The notes beneath the pieces are model-generated. The model did no database searches. It was not told the DNA's origin and worked only from the letters and a program-made list of their open reading frames with translations. Shown piece after piece: positions 39,668 to 52,546 of a stretch of DNA of 64,000 nt. The stretch is from Octopus sinensis (lineage: Eukaryota). The position numbers were made by a program, and so were the translations under genes. The number at the start of each line of letters is the position of its first letter. The first letter of the stretch is position 1. The DNA lies in contig NC_043005.1 in the NCBI RefSeq assembly GCF_006345805.1, positions 70,804,001-70,868,000 on the forward strand. The letters run 5' to 3'.

Positions 39668-39670
<3 letters not shown>
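39191..39670. mobile_element. PLE-type family C element with a 119-bp inverted terminal duplication
   Basis: 39191-39309 is the reverse complement of 39396-39514; the element is flanked by (TA)n. Confidence 0.8.
39244..39325 (-). ncRNA. Apparently intact type I hammerhead ribozyme with extended stem II
   Basis: Reverse complement: tttc CTGATGA gaaggctgcaaa...tttgcagccttc GAAAC atat GTA gaaa. Confidence 0.78.
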
Positions 39671-39710
<40 letters not shown>

Positions 39711-39972
39711 GTGTATTTAGGAGTAGTTGTAATTTACTTATGGAATTTATTTATTGATACAGTTGTACATTTGATAAAATGTGTTTGGAAGTTGTGGTTT
39801 CTTTGGTATGTTTGTTCTGAAACAACACTTATTTTAGTGCTGTTGACAATGCAGTATTAAATAGTACTGCTCAGGTGTCAAAACCATAATGATATCCGTG
39901 GGGCAAGCTGATGATGGAGATATGTTGGATTGTTGGTATGGGTGTGGAATAGTATTATAGCACACCATTTTG

Positions 39973-40003
<31 letters not shown>

Positions 40004-40073
40004 TGTATGCATGCATGTATGTATTCATGTATGTATATATATAGATAGATAGATAAATAGATAGATAAATAGG

Positions 40074-40109
<36 letters not shown>

Positions 40110-40685
40110 GATATAGAGAGATAGATAGATAGATATATACATACATGTCCAGCCCATGCCAGCATGGAAAGTGAACGTTAAACGACGATGATATATATAT
40201 ATATATATATACATACACATATATACATATATATACACACACACACACATATATATATATACATATATATACACACATATATATACATACATTTATATAT
40301 ATATATATATGCCCCAGCATGGCCACAGTTTTAGGGTTGAAATGTATATAAAAGAACATATATGGTGGGCTTTTATCAGCTTTGATCGACCAAATCCAAT
40401 CACTTTGGTAAGCCTTGAGGTAACAATAGAAGGCTCTTGCTCAAGGTGCTATGCAGTGGAACTGAACCCAGAACCATGTGGTTGGGGAGTAAGCTTCTTA
40501 TCAGACTGTAGAAAGAAAAAAACTGAATTGGGAATGAATGGAACATCTTTAACCACAGATCTTCCAGAATCATGCTAAGCTGGTGGTATGTAACAACGAA
40601 AATAATTACATCATCAACAGCACCGATATAATAATCATTTCCTTATCTTATGAAGCAGAGTTTGTCTGATGCTTTAAAATACTTA

Positions 40686-41100
40686 CCACTGACCAATGTA
40701 GCTTTATTTCTTACTCCACCCTGTCTTGGAATTTTACCTCTACTATATCCGACATCTCTATCATCATTAACAATACCTACTTCTTCACCTCCACTCATTA
40801 CAAACCCAGTCTTCCACTTCTGTCTCAACTATATCTTGTCTTACCCAAGCGACCCAAATCAACTGAACCATTCTCACAATTTCTCTGTTTTCTTCTGTCT
40901 CAACTATATCTTGTCTTACCCAAGCAACCCAAATCAACTGAACCATTCTCACAATTCCTCTGTTTTCTTCTGTCTCAACTATATCTTGTCTTACCCAAGC
41001 GACCCAAATCTACTGTATCATTCTCACAATTCCTCTGTTTTCTTGTACTCTGGACCTTGCACTCTGCCACACCTACACCACCATCTCCCCTTTCTTATCT
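40686..41100 (+). pseudogene. Decayed PLE reverse-transcriptase C-terminal fragment
   Basis: NFTSTISDISIIINNTYFFTSTHYKP...NYI...PFSQFL resembles the PLE FT...LDI.I....TS.HYKPT..NY..Y.S.HP...IPFSQF region. Confidence 0.55.
40817..41043. repeat. 75-bp tandem repeat, three copies
   Basis: Units start at 40817, 40892 and 40967. Confidence 0.92.
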
Positions 41101-41267
41101 TTTCTATGTGCACCTGCAAATCAGATTCCCCCAGTCCTTCACCTTCTACCTCACCAACCTCCCTTTGAAACAGATGCACATCTGCAACTTTTATATCCTA
41201 GTCTCTGACCTGATAATCACTCCAATCTTTTCCATACTATTTCTGTTTACCTTCAAATGAAATAAAT

Positions 41268-41396
41268 ATCTCTGCAACATCCTAGGAGGTCCATAGAACC
41301 CAACCACATACAAGGAAACACCTTTAAATGTACTTACTAAAAGTGTCTCATTGTATGTGGTTGGGTTCTATGGAGCTCCTGTGATGTTGCAGAGAT
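41268..41396. repeat. Inverted repeat with about 55-bp arms
   Basis: atctctgcaacatc...ccatagaacccaaccacatacaa pairs with ttgtatgtggttgggttctatgg...gatgttgcagagat. Confidence 0.85.
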
Positions 41397-41456
41397 TTCT
41401 GCAACATAAATGAATCACAGTACCACAATACCAGTGCTTTTCCTCAACTCTATTAA

Positions 41457-41677
41457 CCCTTTAGCATTTAAAGTGACCATATTTGGCCCAGATATTCTAA
41501 TTGCTTTATGTTGAAAGCAACCAGATCTGACTTGTCATACCTACTCAACACCATCATCTTAAAAAATAAACTATCACATCATTGAAATTGCAAAGCTTCA
41601 TGATAAGGAATGATTAATTTAAAACAATGTAAATAAATCAGCATTACATTTGTGAGAGTAATATGGATGCTAAAAGG
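41457..41677. mobile_element. piggyBac-like MITE with TTAA on both sides
   Basis: ttaa|ccctttagcat...atgctaaaagg|ttaa. Confidence 0.75.
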
Positions 41678-42783
41678 TTAATATTAATGTTGCTTCCTTT
41701 ACAAACATTTTTTTTAGTGCTCTTTACATCAGTATAGTGAGTCACCACTCCATATATAACCTTAGCAAACGCATTCATATTATTGTAGTATGTATGACAG
41801 GCTACCTGTCGCCACCACCACCGACAACAACAGCAACTTCAACATAATGGGGATAATCTGTTACCTACTTATTGGTGGCTGTAGGAAATGGAAGAAAAAT
41901 GTATGACATTCAGGCTCAGAACCATGGCACCAATGTGTTTAAATGAACATTTTCCCTTTTATACTTTCACTCCCTCTTTGTACAGTAATCCCTGTATTAC
42001 GCTTTAGCTTTCCTCTCACTTTCATTTTCCTTTCATCTCACTCCTGCTCTGTTTCTATTATTTTTCTTTACCCTTTTCCTCTCTCTCTCTCTCTCACTAC
42101 TTCCTGCATATGCATGCTTGTTCGTGTTGCTTTTACGTTTGCTATCATATGCTGTTAGTTACTTTAATATAAGAGGAAGCAAAACTATTCATTTCATCCC
42201 TTTTTTTACTCCTCTGTCATCTCAACCCTGGAGAAGAACTTTGTCTGAAGCTTAGGAAATTCCATTCCCCTTAGCAATATATTACTTTATTCCTTCTACA
42301 ACATTTTCCAATAAATGCTTCTTGTATCCATTGGAAATTTATTCTTCATTCACTTAATGATAAAGAAATGGAAGCTGGACACCTTCTGCATAAATCAGGA
42401 AACATTATTTAGAAATACAGTTCTGTATGATGGAAAGTAGCAACAATTCTGTAAATTAAATAATAATAATTTCAGACATAAACACAAGGCCAGATATTTG
42501 TTGGGTGAGAACAGTTAGTTAAACCAACCTAGTACTTTATTTAACAGCGTTTGAAGTCTGAAAGGCAAAGGTGACCATTGCAGGTTTGGAAGTTTGGATG
42601 TAACAAACTGGAACAAATATCACAAGGTATTTTGCCTGATGCTCTATTGATTCTGCAAGGCCATTGACCTGTATCTGTAATAAAACCCTTCTGTGTTTAA
42701 ACTGGCCATATCCAGCCCAAATATTCTACCTGTTTTTACATTCAAACCAGCCAGATAAGGTATTTCACACCTACCCTACAATG

Positions 42784-42784
<1 letters not shown>

Positions 42785-42824
<40 letters not shown>

Positions 42825-43075
42825 GTTTAATGTCCACTTTCCATGCTAGCATAGGTTGGACAATTTTGACTGAGGGCTGGTGAACCAGATGGCTGCACCA
42901 GGCTCCAATCTTGATCTGGCAGAGTTTCTACAGCTGGATGCCCTTCCTAATGCCAACCACTCCGAGAGTGTAGTGGGTGCTTTTTATGTACAACCGGCAC
43001 AGGGCCAGTCAGGCAGTACTGGCAGCAACCCCACTCGAATCTTTTTACACATGCCAACGGCACAGGTGCCAGTCT
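42785..43075 (-). mobile_element. RTE LINE 3' UTR copy
   Basis: (CAT)n plus the family consensus. Confidence 0.8.
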
Positions 43076-43321
43076 AAAAATAAACAATTTGCATCACTGA
43101 AATCTTGAAGCTATGAGATAATGCCTGATTAACTCAAAACAATGTGGATAAATAAGGATTACATTTGGCAGAGTAATCTGAATGCTAAAGGCACTGGTCT
43201 TGGAACAAAATTTGCATAGTGGGTGCTAACCCAGGTTCAAATTTTTTCTTATGCAAAATGTGGATTTTTTCAATGTTAATATTCAAATAAGTGAAAGTAT
43301 AATAATAATTATTATTATTAC

Positions 43322-43745
43322 GTAGATTGGCTGAAATGTTCATAGGCTGAGCAAGGCACGTGCATGGAATGTGACTGAATGAAGTTCATTTTTTAACAGA
43401 GTTTCTCTAACTATCCACGCACTTCCATTAGTGCTTTGATCGTACTTGTGAAGAAAGTATCCTATTGGTCAAAATAGCCATGAACAACAGATAAGACGTC
43501 ATCCTCACAGCGATACTGGTGCCCAGCCAAGCGTTTTTCATGTTGGGAAGCAAATGATAATTAGAAGAAACCAAATCACTAACATAGGGAGTGTGATGAA
43601 CCAGTTCAAAGCCAGTCATACACAGAAGCCATTGAAACCAAAGACCTGTGTTCTGAAGAATTGTCCTAATGAAACAAGACCCTATTCATCAGCTTTTTTC
43701 TGGGTGCTTGGTCTTGAGAGCCCTTCATAACTGTCAATGGAAATT
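43322..43745 (-). mobile_element. Mariner 3' fragment (catalytic C-terminus and one TIR)
   Basis: RVLFH*DNSSEH...GFELVHHTPYVSDLVSSNYHLLPNMK corresponds to a decayed DN/HPPYSPDLAPSD region; the terminus cagcctatgaacatttcagccaatctacg|ta is TIR-like. Confidence 0.8.
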
Positions 43746-45299
43746 TGGCATTGAACTTTCCAGTGACGGTGAGATCATTCTGAAGATAGTCAATAAACAT
43801 AATATTTTTTGCCTTAATGTATAGTATATGTAATAATGTGAAGTATGTTTTGTATATTAAAATGTTTAATTTCGGAAATATATCAAGTGAAGCAAACATA
43901 AGCAGTATAAATACAAATTGCAACTACTTCAAAATGTGGGACACTACATGACAAAAACTAACAAAAAAGGAAGAAAACAGTGGTGCTTGTGTTTCAAAGG
44001 TACAATGAGAGGGCTCAGGAGAAGGACAGAAAGATGGGATAGAAGAGAAGAAAGATAGAAAGAAAGAAAAGAAGAAATGAAAAGATAAGCTGGGGATCTG
44101 AAGTGAATGCTTGGCAGGAGATGAAACAAAATATATGTCTAACCTATGCACTGGTCAAGTAGAAAAAGGATGAGTGATAAAAAAATTGGCTGGTCTTTTG
44201 GTACCAGAAAGTAAAGAAAGAGAGACAGAGTGGAGTGGAGAATGTTGGTGAAGAGCAACTACAAAGTAAGAGGGAGTGTGGAGGAAAAAGGGAATAAAGA
44301 TAGACAGTAGGTAGCTGACAGAGATGGACAGAGGAAGAAATGGAAGATAATAAAGTGAGATAGGCAGCAGATAAGTAGATAGGCAGAGAGAAATAAATGG
44401 GGGAAGATTCTGTGCACAAGAGGGGAGAGGAGAACAATAGAGAAACAGAGAGAAAATCTTGAACCAAATATTGAACGTCATGTGGGATGCCACTGAGTGG
44501 GAATATAAGCGGGGTGTGTGACATTACATTGACTAATAACCATAAAACATTGTACAGAAAGTCAACATATATATGATTATATATATATATATGTGTGTGA
44601 ATGTATGTATGTATATAGAACACCTAACATAGTAGGTGTTCTAACATCCTCTGTCTTATTTAATGATAATTATAGTCTTCCTTTTTGGTGATACATTGCT
44701 AAACTGCTGCATAATTCAATTACATATATTTACACACACACACACACAATGGAATAGACAAACTGATTAAAAAATTGCACAGAAGGTAGCAATTTGAAAA
44801 ATCAAATGCAAGTGGTGGGGGAGGGTGGTAGTAGCTACAGCAGCGTCAGCATAAGATGTGTGTTTTGGCATTGGCTGGTGTTGCTTGTACGAATTACATG
44901 CTTTGTCTCAGGTAAATGAGTGAAATTGCAGTTACTGCATATGCATTGTCTCTAGCATTGAGAAAACTGACATATTCTGGGGTATCATGTGTTTATAGAT
45001 TTTACTTTATTTACAGTTGGCAGATTTATTAAGAAACTGTGAGATATACATCCAAATTCAGGTGGACAGTGGTGGGAAGAAAGGCGTGATAGTAGAAGTA
45101 GTTATGGTTGTAGCTGTAGAATATCATGGCAATGATGATGATGGGTCAGTTGTAGCATACAGAGAAAATGAAGAATGTGGATAGCTGGACAGTGAAGGGC
45201 TTTTCATTGTGGAGTTTAATATGTCATCAATTGTGCTAGTTTTGAGGAGTGGACCTACTGCTGGTCATGTTGCTGTTGTCTTCTTCTTCTTTCTTCTTC

Positions 45300-45705
45300 C
45301 AATCAGGACTCATGCCACAAAGAATAATCTCTAATTCGAGCCTACTCTAAGCTTCTAAGAATGCATGTGGCAACTTGAAGATCCATCCACTACACGCAAT
45401 AGACTGGCAGTTGCATGGGTGTGAAAGCTACAGTGTTATCCTCATTCCGTAAACGGTAGCTTTTAATGAGTGGAGATCTGTACCATCCTGGGGTACAGTG
45501 GATTTGCAATCTAGACTAGGGTCTGAAAGTCTACCACACCATAGTGGGTTACACCATGGTTCCTCTGCCTTGTGGCAGAAGTAGGAGCCTCATGAAGCTT
45601 AGGTGTTTTTGCTCAATTAACACTCACAATGCCCGCTCTGGGAATAGAAACCGTGTTCTTATGACTGCGAGTCTGCTGCCCTAACCACTGGGCCATTGCC
45701 TCTCC
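45300..45705 (-). mobile_element. Another tRNA-derived SINE
   Basis: Reverse-complement head ggagaggcaatggcccagtggttagggcagcagactcgcagtc...ggtttctattcc; the 3' boundary is uncertain. Confidence 0.5.
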
Positions 45706-46984
45706 ACTACTGCTGTTGTTGTCATTGCAGCTGCTGCTCTTATTTGTATATACTTTTAATTTTAATGTCAATGATGCTTTAGTTCAGTAGTATATGTTTC
45801 TCGAGAATTCCCTTTGGAATTTTATGACCAACTTCTCCAGTAAATATTTTAGACCTTCTTAAAATTCCTTTTTGTCCTTTGTTCTTGTTTTGAGAAGAAA
45901 CCTAACTTCAAGCAACTTTTTACAGATAAATTTTTTAGACACTATTTTCTAAACCCAGCAAAGTATGTAGGGGATGCAAATTTTGATTTTTCACCCTTAA
46001 AAATTTCCTGGGCCCTTGGCTAAAGGGTTAAATAATGTTTCAACAACTTTTATTTCAACTCTTTCATCAGGGCAGCTTGGAGATAAAGAAGGTGTGGTGG
46101 AAGTCCTACAAACTGTCTTTGGATACATTGCATAGAGATGAGGATTTTAGTTCTGCTCTATCTCTGTCCTTGAACTGAGAAGCAAAAGAACGAAAAGGTA
46201 AGGAGAGCAGACAAATTTTCGAGAAGAATAAACATTTGGTTGCAAATGAAAAATGTCCAGATTCATGAAAAATTACACAAAAACAAAATAAATGTTAGAG
46301 GAAGTGAGGTCAAAAGATTAGTGAACTGGCAAATGAAAGTGAGAAGAATATCTCTTAAGTAGCATCTTCTTTTCTTTTTAGTCTTTCCTTACCTAGTTAT
46401 AACTCATTGTTCTTCAATATATCATCATTGCAAACTATTGTTTATCTTATTCAAAAAGCTGCTGTTGAGGTCTTCAGGAAAAATGTTGAATTATGTTTAT
46501 TTTCCCTTCTCCTGAATTGTAAGATATCTTTCACCATAATCAAAACTTTCTCTGTGAAATATTGATTCTTGTCTTAGAAAACACAGTATTGTATAATTCA
46601 TTTATTTCCTTATCTATTAGATTTAGATTTGAGTGCTCCCACCTCATTTGTCCATTTTCTGAAAGAATTTCAAAAATATGTCTTCTAAGTAATTGTATAA
46701 TATTGACCAACAAATTCTCTATGCTTGACCATTTTTCCTGTGTTAGATTACAAAAGGGAAGACTAATGACAATTATAATACATAAATATGTTTGGCTATC
46801 TGACAATATATATATATTGAATATAGGAACAAGACATGAATAGCGTAAACCATGATAGCTTTATGGCTAATTTTTTTCTCTGTTGTGTTTTTATTGCAGT
46901 GATTAAACTTACGTTCTATCTTAATTTAACAATATACATACTTATATAGATATATAGAGATAGATAGATATATATATATAGATA

Positions 46985-47059
<75 letters not shown>

Positions 47060-47106
47060 TAGATAGATAGATAGATTAATAGATAGACAGACAGACAGAC
47101 AGACAT

Positions 47107-47164
<58 letters not shown>

Positions 47165-47499
47165 CATATTTTATACTGCCAGGCTAATAAATCATATATA
47201 CAAGTTAGAGAGTTTATTTAATAAATGTCACTCTGATAGTGTAATAAGTAATATTTACAATATTAGTTAGTCTAAAAAGTTCACTTAAAATATTAATCTA
47301 AAATGTTTCTATTTACAATAATCTGATAAATCTTAACCTTCTATTGATTTTTTTAAACTTATGGTCAACAAGGATAGTTTTTGTAGGAAAAGTATAATGT
47401 ATGCCTAGTACTTATGTTATTGAATCTGAGACTGCGGAAAGGTAATGTTAGAATTGGCACTGTTTTTAATGCAGATTTTTTAGTGTATTATTGCATATA

Positions 47500-47850
47500 T
47501 GAGTGACCAAAATGGGGTTCCTTCAAAAGTCCTCTGAAGTATTGTTATCCCCAGAGATCATTCATTGGCTTTGAGGTTAGGAAGTTTCTCCAAGGCAAGA
47601 TACTACTTCCCCACATTGAGAAGTCACAGTTCTGGTACTAGTGTCATGTGATTAGAAAGTTGGGGGATTCGTTTGGCCCAGCCAACTGGTAGAAGACCTA
47701 GGGGTAGACCTTGAATGAAATGGTTGGATAATATCTATAATTTCAGTAGGTCATGCTTAGCAATCAAACAAGAAAGACCTTATAGAGAAGATGCCTAAAG
47801 CTTGTATCCCCAAAACTCTCCCAGGAACTGTGGGTGAATAGAGATAGATA
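47500..47850 (+). pseudogene. Decayed RTE-type ORF2 C-terminus (different family)
   Basis: QPTGRRPRGRP*MKWLDNI motif. Confidence 0.55.
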
Positions 47851-47939
47851 GTTGGTGAAACGAAGTGGATATATTAGGGTATATTTAATCCTTAAACCAT
47901 TTCAGCTACCTTAATTACACATTAATATATATATATATA

Positions 47940-48250
47940 ACCTTCGAACGTTGGGCCTCACAGAGGCAACGACAAAAGACCTAGACCTCTGGAGATATGC
48001 TGTGACTGCGAAAACCCAACAAATGAAGTGAGTTCATGGCTCGTAGGAAGGCCTGCTGTGCTTACCTTGGATCGTAGGGCAACCTGCTGTGCTTGAGGAG
48101 ACCTATTGAGTCAAGCACATCAGCATCAAAATGAAAATCAAATGGAAATTGTAGTTGTGATACCCATGCCGGTGGCACATAAAAAGCACCATCCGAACAT
48201 AGCCTATGCCAGCGCCACCTTGATATAAGTGGCCCTTGTTGGATACAGTA
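47940..48250 (+). mobile_element. RTE fragment spanning the ORF2 end and proximal 3' UTR
   Basis: gggcctcacagaggcaa...ctctggagatatgctgtgactgc matches about 58417-58475. Confidence 0.8.
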
Positions 48251-48254
48251 ACAA

Positions 48255-48605
48255 TGGATGATGATGATGATGATGATGGCAACGGCAATGGTGGTTGAGA
48301 TGGTGGTCGGGGTTGTGGTCATGGTGATGGTGATGATGACAATATTGATGATGGTAATGGTGATGGTGGTGATGATGGTGTTGGTAGTGGTGGTGGTGGC
48401 GGTGGTGTTGCTGCTGCTGGTGGTGCTGGTGGTGCTGGTGCTGGTGGTACTGGTGATGGTTGTGGTGTTGGTGATGGTGATGATGACAATATTGATGATG
48501 GTAATGGTAATGATGATGGTGGTGATGATAGTGGTGATAGTGGTGGTGGTGGTAGTAGTGGTGGTGGTGGTTGCACTGGTAGTACTGGTGATGATTGTGG
48601 TGTTG
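48255..48605. repeat. GAT/GGT compound repeat with an internal higher-order duplication
   Basis: The ggtgatggtgatgatgacaatattgatgatggtaatgg block occurs twice. Confidence 0.9.
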
Positions 48606-49001
48606 GTAGACAAATATTAAGAGAAATTGTTTTTAACTTAATAGATAAATATACTTTCTACTGCTTACCACTTAAGTACGAAGGGTTGTGTTCTTGAGCA
48701 TGGTTCAGGACTCTACAAACCTCACACTGTCTCAGTGATAATGAGATCCCACACTTACTGTTTGGATATTATATTAAAATCTGGTGGTTGAAAATCAAAA
48801 TCAGACATAAGTAATTATTCTCTTGTGAAAGAGACAAGATGAAACAAATTGTTTTATAACGTTATTAATTGTAAGAAAGACATAATCACATGACGAAAGT
48901 TATTAATCATAAGACAACATGATATATAAATAGTGTGGCCATATTTTGCTGTCTATTTGTTTGTCTGTTCATTTGTTTGTTTATTTGTCTGTTTGTTTGT
49001 A

Positions 49002-49022
49002 AGTAGTAGTAGTAGTAGTAGT

Positions 49023-49059
<37 letters not shown>

Positions 49060-49198
49060 ATAGTAGTAGCAGCAGCAACAGCAGTGGTAGCAGCAGCAGT
49101 AGTAGTAGTAATAGTAATAGCAGCAGCAGCAGTAGTAGAAGTAGCAACAGCAACAGTAGTAGTAGTAGTAGTAGCAGTAGTAGTAGTAGTAGTAGTGG

Positions 49199-49232
<34 letters not shown>

Positions 49233-49455
49233 TACTAGTAGCAGTAGTAGTAGTAGTTGTAGCAATAGTAGCAGCAGTAGCAGCAGCAACAGCAGCAGTA
49301 GTAGTAGCAGCAGTAGTAGCAGCAGTAGTAGCAGTAGTAGTAGTAGTAGTAGTAGAGGAGCAGTAATAGTAGTAGTAGTAATAGCAGCAGTAGCTGTAGC
49401 AGCTGCAGCAGTAGTAGTAGTAGTAGTAGTAGTAGTAGATTGTTGTTGCTGTTGT
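49002..49455. repeat. AGT/AGC/AGG compound trinucleotide tract
   Basis: Seen directly. Confidence 0.95.
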
Positions 49456-49844
49456 TTAAAACCACAGGTTAATCTCAACCAAGCAGCCTAATGAAAAGCA
49501 TTACAGCCTTGATCAGACCACTCTTTAATTGAGTGTTGCATACCTAGGACTACATTATCAAATGTGTTGTTTCTATTTTCAATACAATAAAGTGGGATTT
49601 GAGTGAGATATGTTGACTATTTCTAGCAAGCTGAGCCACCATGTATAGATTCCTTTATCAATGTGATATGAATCGAGATAGTCATGTTTTAGCAATGAAA
49701 TGTTATTATGGTGCACATAAGGTAAATATGTAAGAAACGGAATAACAATATGTTAAGAATCGAGTGAAATGCTGTTGTTGTTTAGATCTTGTTCAACCGT
49801 AATCTTACATTCCTATGATCTAAGATAGGCATTCTTTTATTCCT

Positions 49845-50460
49845 TTATTCTTTTATTTGTTTCAGTCATTTGTCTGTGGCCATGCAGGAGTACCGTCTTT
49901 AGTCAAACGAATCGACCCCAGGACTTATTCTTTGTAAGTCTTATACTTATTCTATTGGTCTCTTTTGCCGAACTTCTAAGTTATGGGGTTGTAAACACAC
50001 CAACATTGGTGCAATGGTGAGGGTACAAACACAGACACACAAACATATATATATATATATATATACGATGGGCTTCTTTCAGTTTCCATCTACCAAATCC
50101 ACTCACAAGGCTTTGGTTGACCTGAGGCTATAGTAGAAGACACTTGCCCAAAATGCCACACAGTGGGACTGAACCCAGAACCATGTGGTTAAGAAGCAAG
50201 CTTCTTATTTCTTTATCACCCACAAGGGGCTAAACATAGAGGGGACAAATAAGGACAGACAAATGGATTAAGTCAATTACATCGACCCCAGTGCATAACT
50301 GGTACTTTATTTATCGACCCCGAAAGGATGAAAGGCAAAGTTAACCATGGCAGAATTTGAACTCAGAGTATAAAGACAGATGAAATATCGCTAAGCATTT
50401 TTCCTGACGTGCTAACGTTTCTGCCTTGTTACCACAAGCTTCTGACCACACAACCACACC
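49845..50460 (-). mobile_element. SINE family A with a family M SINE (about 50208-50427) nested in its head
   Basis: The A head is split at gcaagcttctt...accacaag around the M copy. Confidence 0.75.
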
Positions 50461-51053
50461 AGGGCTGCATGAAACACAATTCATTATGAAGTGGGTTGCA
50501 CCACTAAAAAAAAATTTCAAGCTAATTTCCTGACATGTCTACTTTTCAGAAAGACCTGCAGGCTGAAGTTTGCCTACAAGTGGACTAAGGAATCACATTT
50601 TTGACCAACCGGCCTTTTATTTTCATAAACCCATTATCAAATATATCCTTCTCTTCTTAACCTGTTAGTGTTCACATTACCCTGTCAAATGTAATGCATA
50701 TTTATTCACATTGTTAAGAATTGCATGAAATGTTGCTGTTGTTAAGAATTTGTCAACCATAAGCTTACGTTCCTATGATCTAAGACAAGCATGACTTGAC
50801 TTGATTTGATCTAGTTTCAACTCACAAGCTGTGGCCATGCTGGGGCCCTGCCATAGGCAACTTCTTTCAAGAAGTGGGTTGCATGAAGTGGGTTGACCAT
50901 TAAAAAATTTCAAGCTAATTTCCTGACATGCATGCTATCCAGAAAGACCTGCAGACTGTCGTTTGCACATGGCTGGACTAAGGAATCGTGTTTTTGACCA
51001 ACTGTCATTTTATTTTTATAAACATATTATTTAATGCATCCTTCTCTTCTTGA

Positions 51054-51274
51054 CCCTTTAGTATTCACAATTACCCAGTCAAATGTAAAGCTTATTTGTA
51101 CACATTGTTTTGAATCAATCATACATTATCTTGTAGCTTCGAGATTTTGATGATATGATAGTTTATTTTTAAAATGACGTTGTAGGGTAGGTACAAGATG
51201 TAGAATCTGGCTGGTTTCAAAATAAAACAAAAGGAATATTTTGGCCAGATATGGCTCGTTTAAATGAAAAAGGG
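51054..51274. mobile_element. piggyBac-like MITE
   Basis: ttga|ccctttag...aaaaaggg|ttaa. Confidence 0.65.
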
Positions 51275-51294
51275 TTAAAGCAACGCCATTTTAT

Positions 51295-51740
51295 CTTTCA
51301 ACGTGTTACTTGTTTCAGTCATTCGACTGTGGCCATGCTGGGGCACCACCTTGAAGAAATTGTAGTCAAATGAATCAACCCCAGCACTTACTTTCTTTTT
51401 AAGCTTGGTACTTACTGTTCTTTTGCCGAACTGCTAAGTTATAGGGATGTAAACACACCAGCACCAGCTATCAAGAGATGGTGGGTGGACAAACAAACAC
51501 ACGCACACACACACACAAGCACACACACATGCATACACACACACTAACACACACACACATTCTCACAGATACACATATATATGATGGGCTTCTTTCAGTT
51601 TCCATCTACAAGATCCACTCAAGGCTTTGGTTGACCCAAGCTTAGTTGAAGACATTTGCCCAAGGTGTCAAGCAGTGAGACTGAACCCAAATCCATGTAG
51701 TTGGTAAGCAAGCTTCTCACTACACACAACCACACTGGCA
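51295..51740 (-). mobile_element. SINE family A
   Basis: Same blocks as the other copies. Confidence 0.8.
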
Positions 51741-52546
51741 CCTATAACAGACAACGATTTTGTTGACATTTTTAGTACATAGAATGCTTTTGTTTAGCTA
51801 TTTTTTCCCTTCAGTCACTGAGTGCAGTTCTATCAAAATAAGTTGATAAATATATGCTATAGATAGTTGGTCATGTGGTTATGTAATGAAAGAGGATAGT
51901 CATGTTGTTATGCAATGACAGAGGATAGTCACATGATCAATTGTCATGTTATGACAATTGATCAGGCATTTTTCTTTTCCAATATCATACTCTAGCAACC
52001 ATATTAATGTGGAGGGGTTTTTGTGCATTTTCATTTATTTTACTTCATTCATACAAATTCAAATAAATGTAATTAATTGTTTCAAACACTAAATATTTGT
52101 AAAAGTATTTCCTGTTCATCTTTTCATTCCGTTTATGTTCTCAAAGAGTCTTATCTCATGTGATTCATCATAGCCAAAAGGTTTCTGGTTTCTAATGAGG
52201 GTCGCTTCCTCTTACTCTAAACTATGAATACACTTTTCCATAGGGGATTTGAAGTCACAACTACACAATGATACATAACACTCCTTCATTTGACAATGTT
52301 TCCACCATTTGCAGTATTGGTTGTTGTTGCTGTTGTAATCATCACCACCATTGCCATCACCTTCATTGTCACTATTGGTTAGCACAAGAACAGCCCTGAA
52401 AGTCTGTAGGCAGGTGGTGGAACAACTTGACATAATCCACAGATCCATAGATCCATTGTTGTAAATATACTACAATAATCATATCATGTGCACTCTAACT
52501 CTAGCAGTTTACCAACTAAGGAGCTATGTAGAATTTCAGATACATT

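Noticed and set aside
40643-40828. Minus-strand ORF with a perfect GTAAGT donor at about 40686
   Set aside because: There is no acceptor, the frame is closed upstream, and the plus strand is explained by a PLE RT remnant.
40817-41043. 75-bp repeats as a possible CRISPR array or protein repeat
   Set aside because: The units are contiguous with no unique spacers, the DNA is eukaryotic, and they triplicate part of a dead retroelement.
46060-46200. Strong splice-like signals on both strands
   Set aside because: Every plus-strand frame between acceptor and donor is closed, and the minus-strand readings are short and ambiguous.
48062-49491. Thr/Ser/Val-rich ORFs resembling mucins or adhesive proteins
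   Set aside because: They are compound GAT/GGT and AGT/AGC microsatellites open in most frames, with no signal peptide or exon structure.
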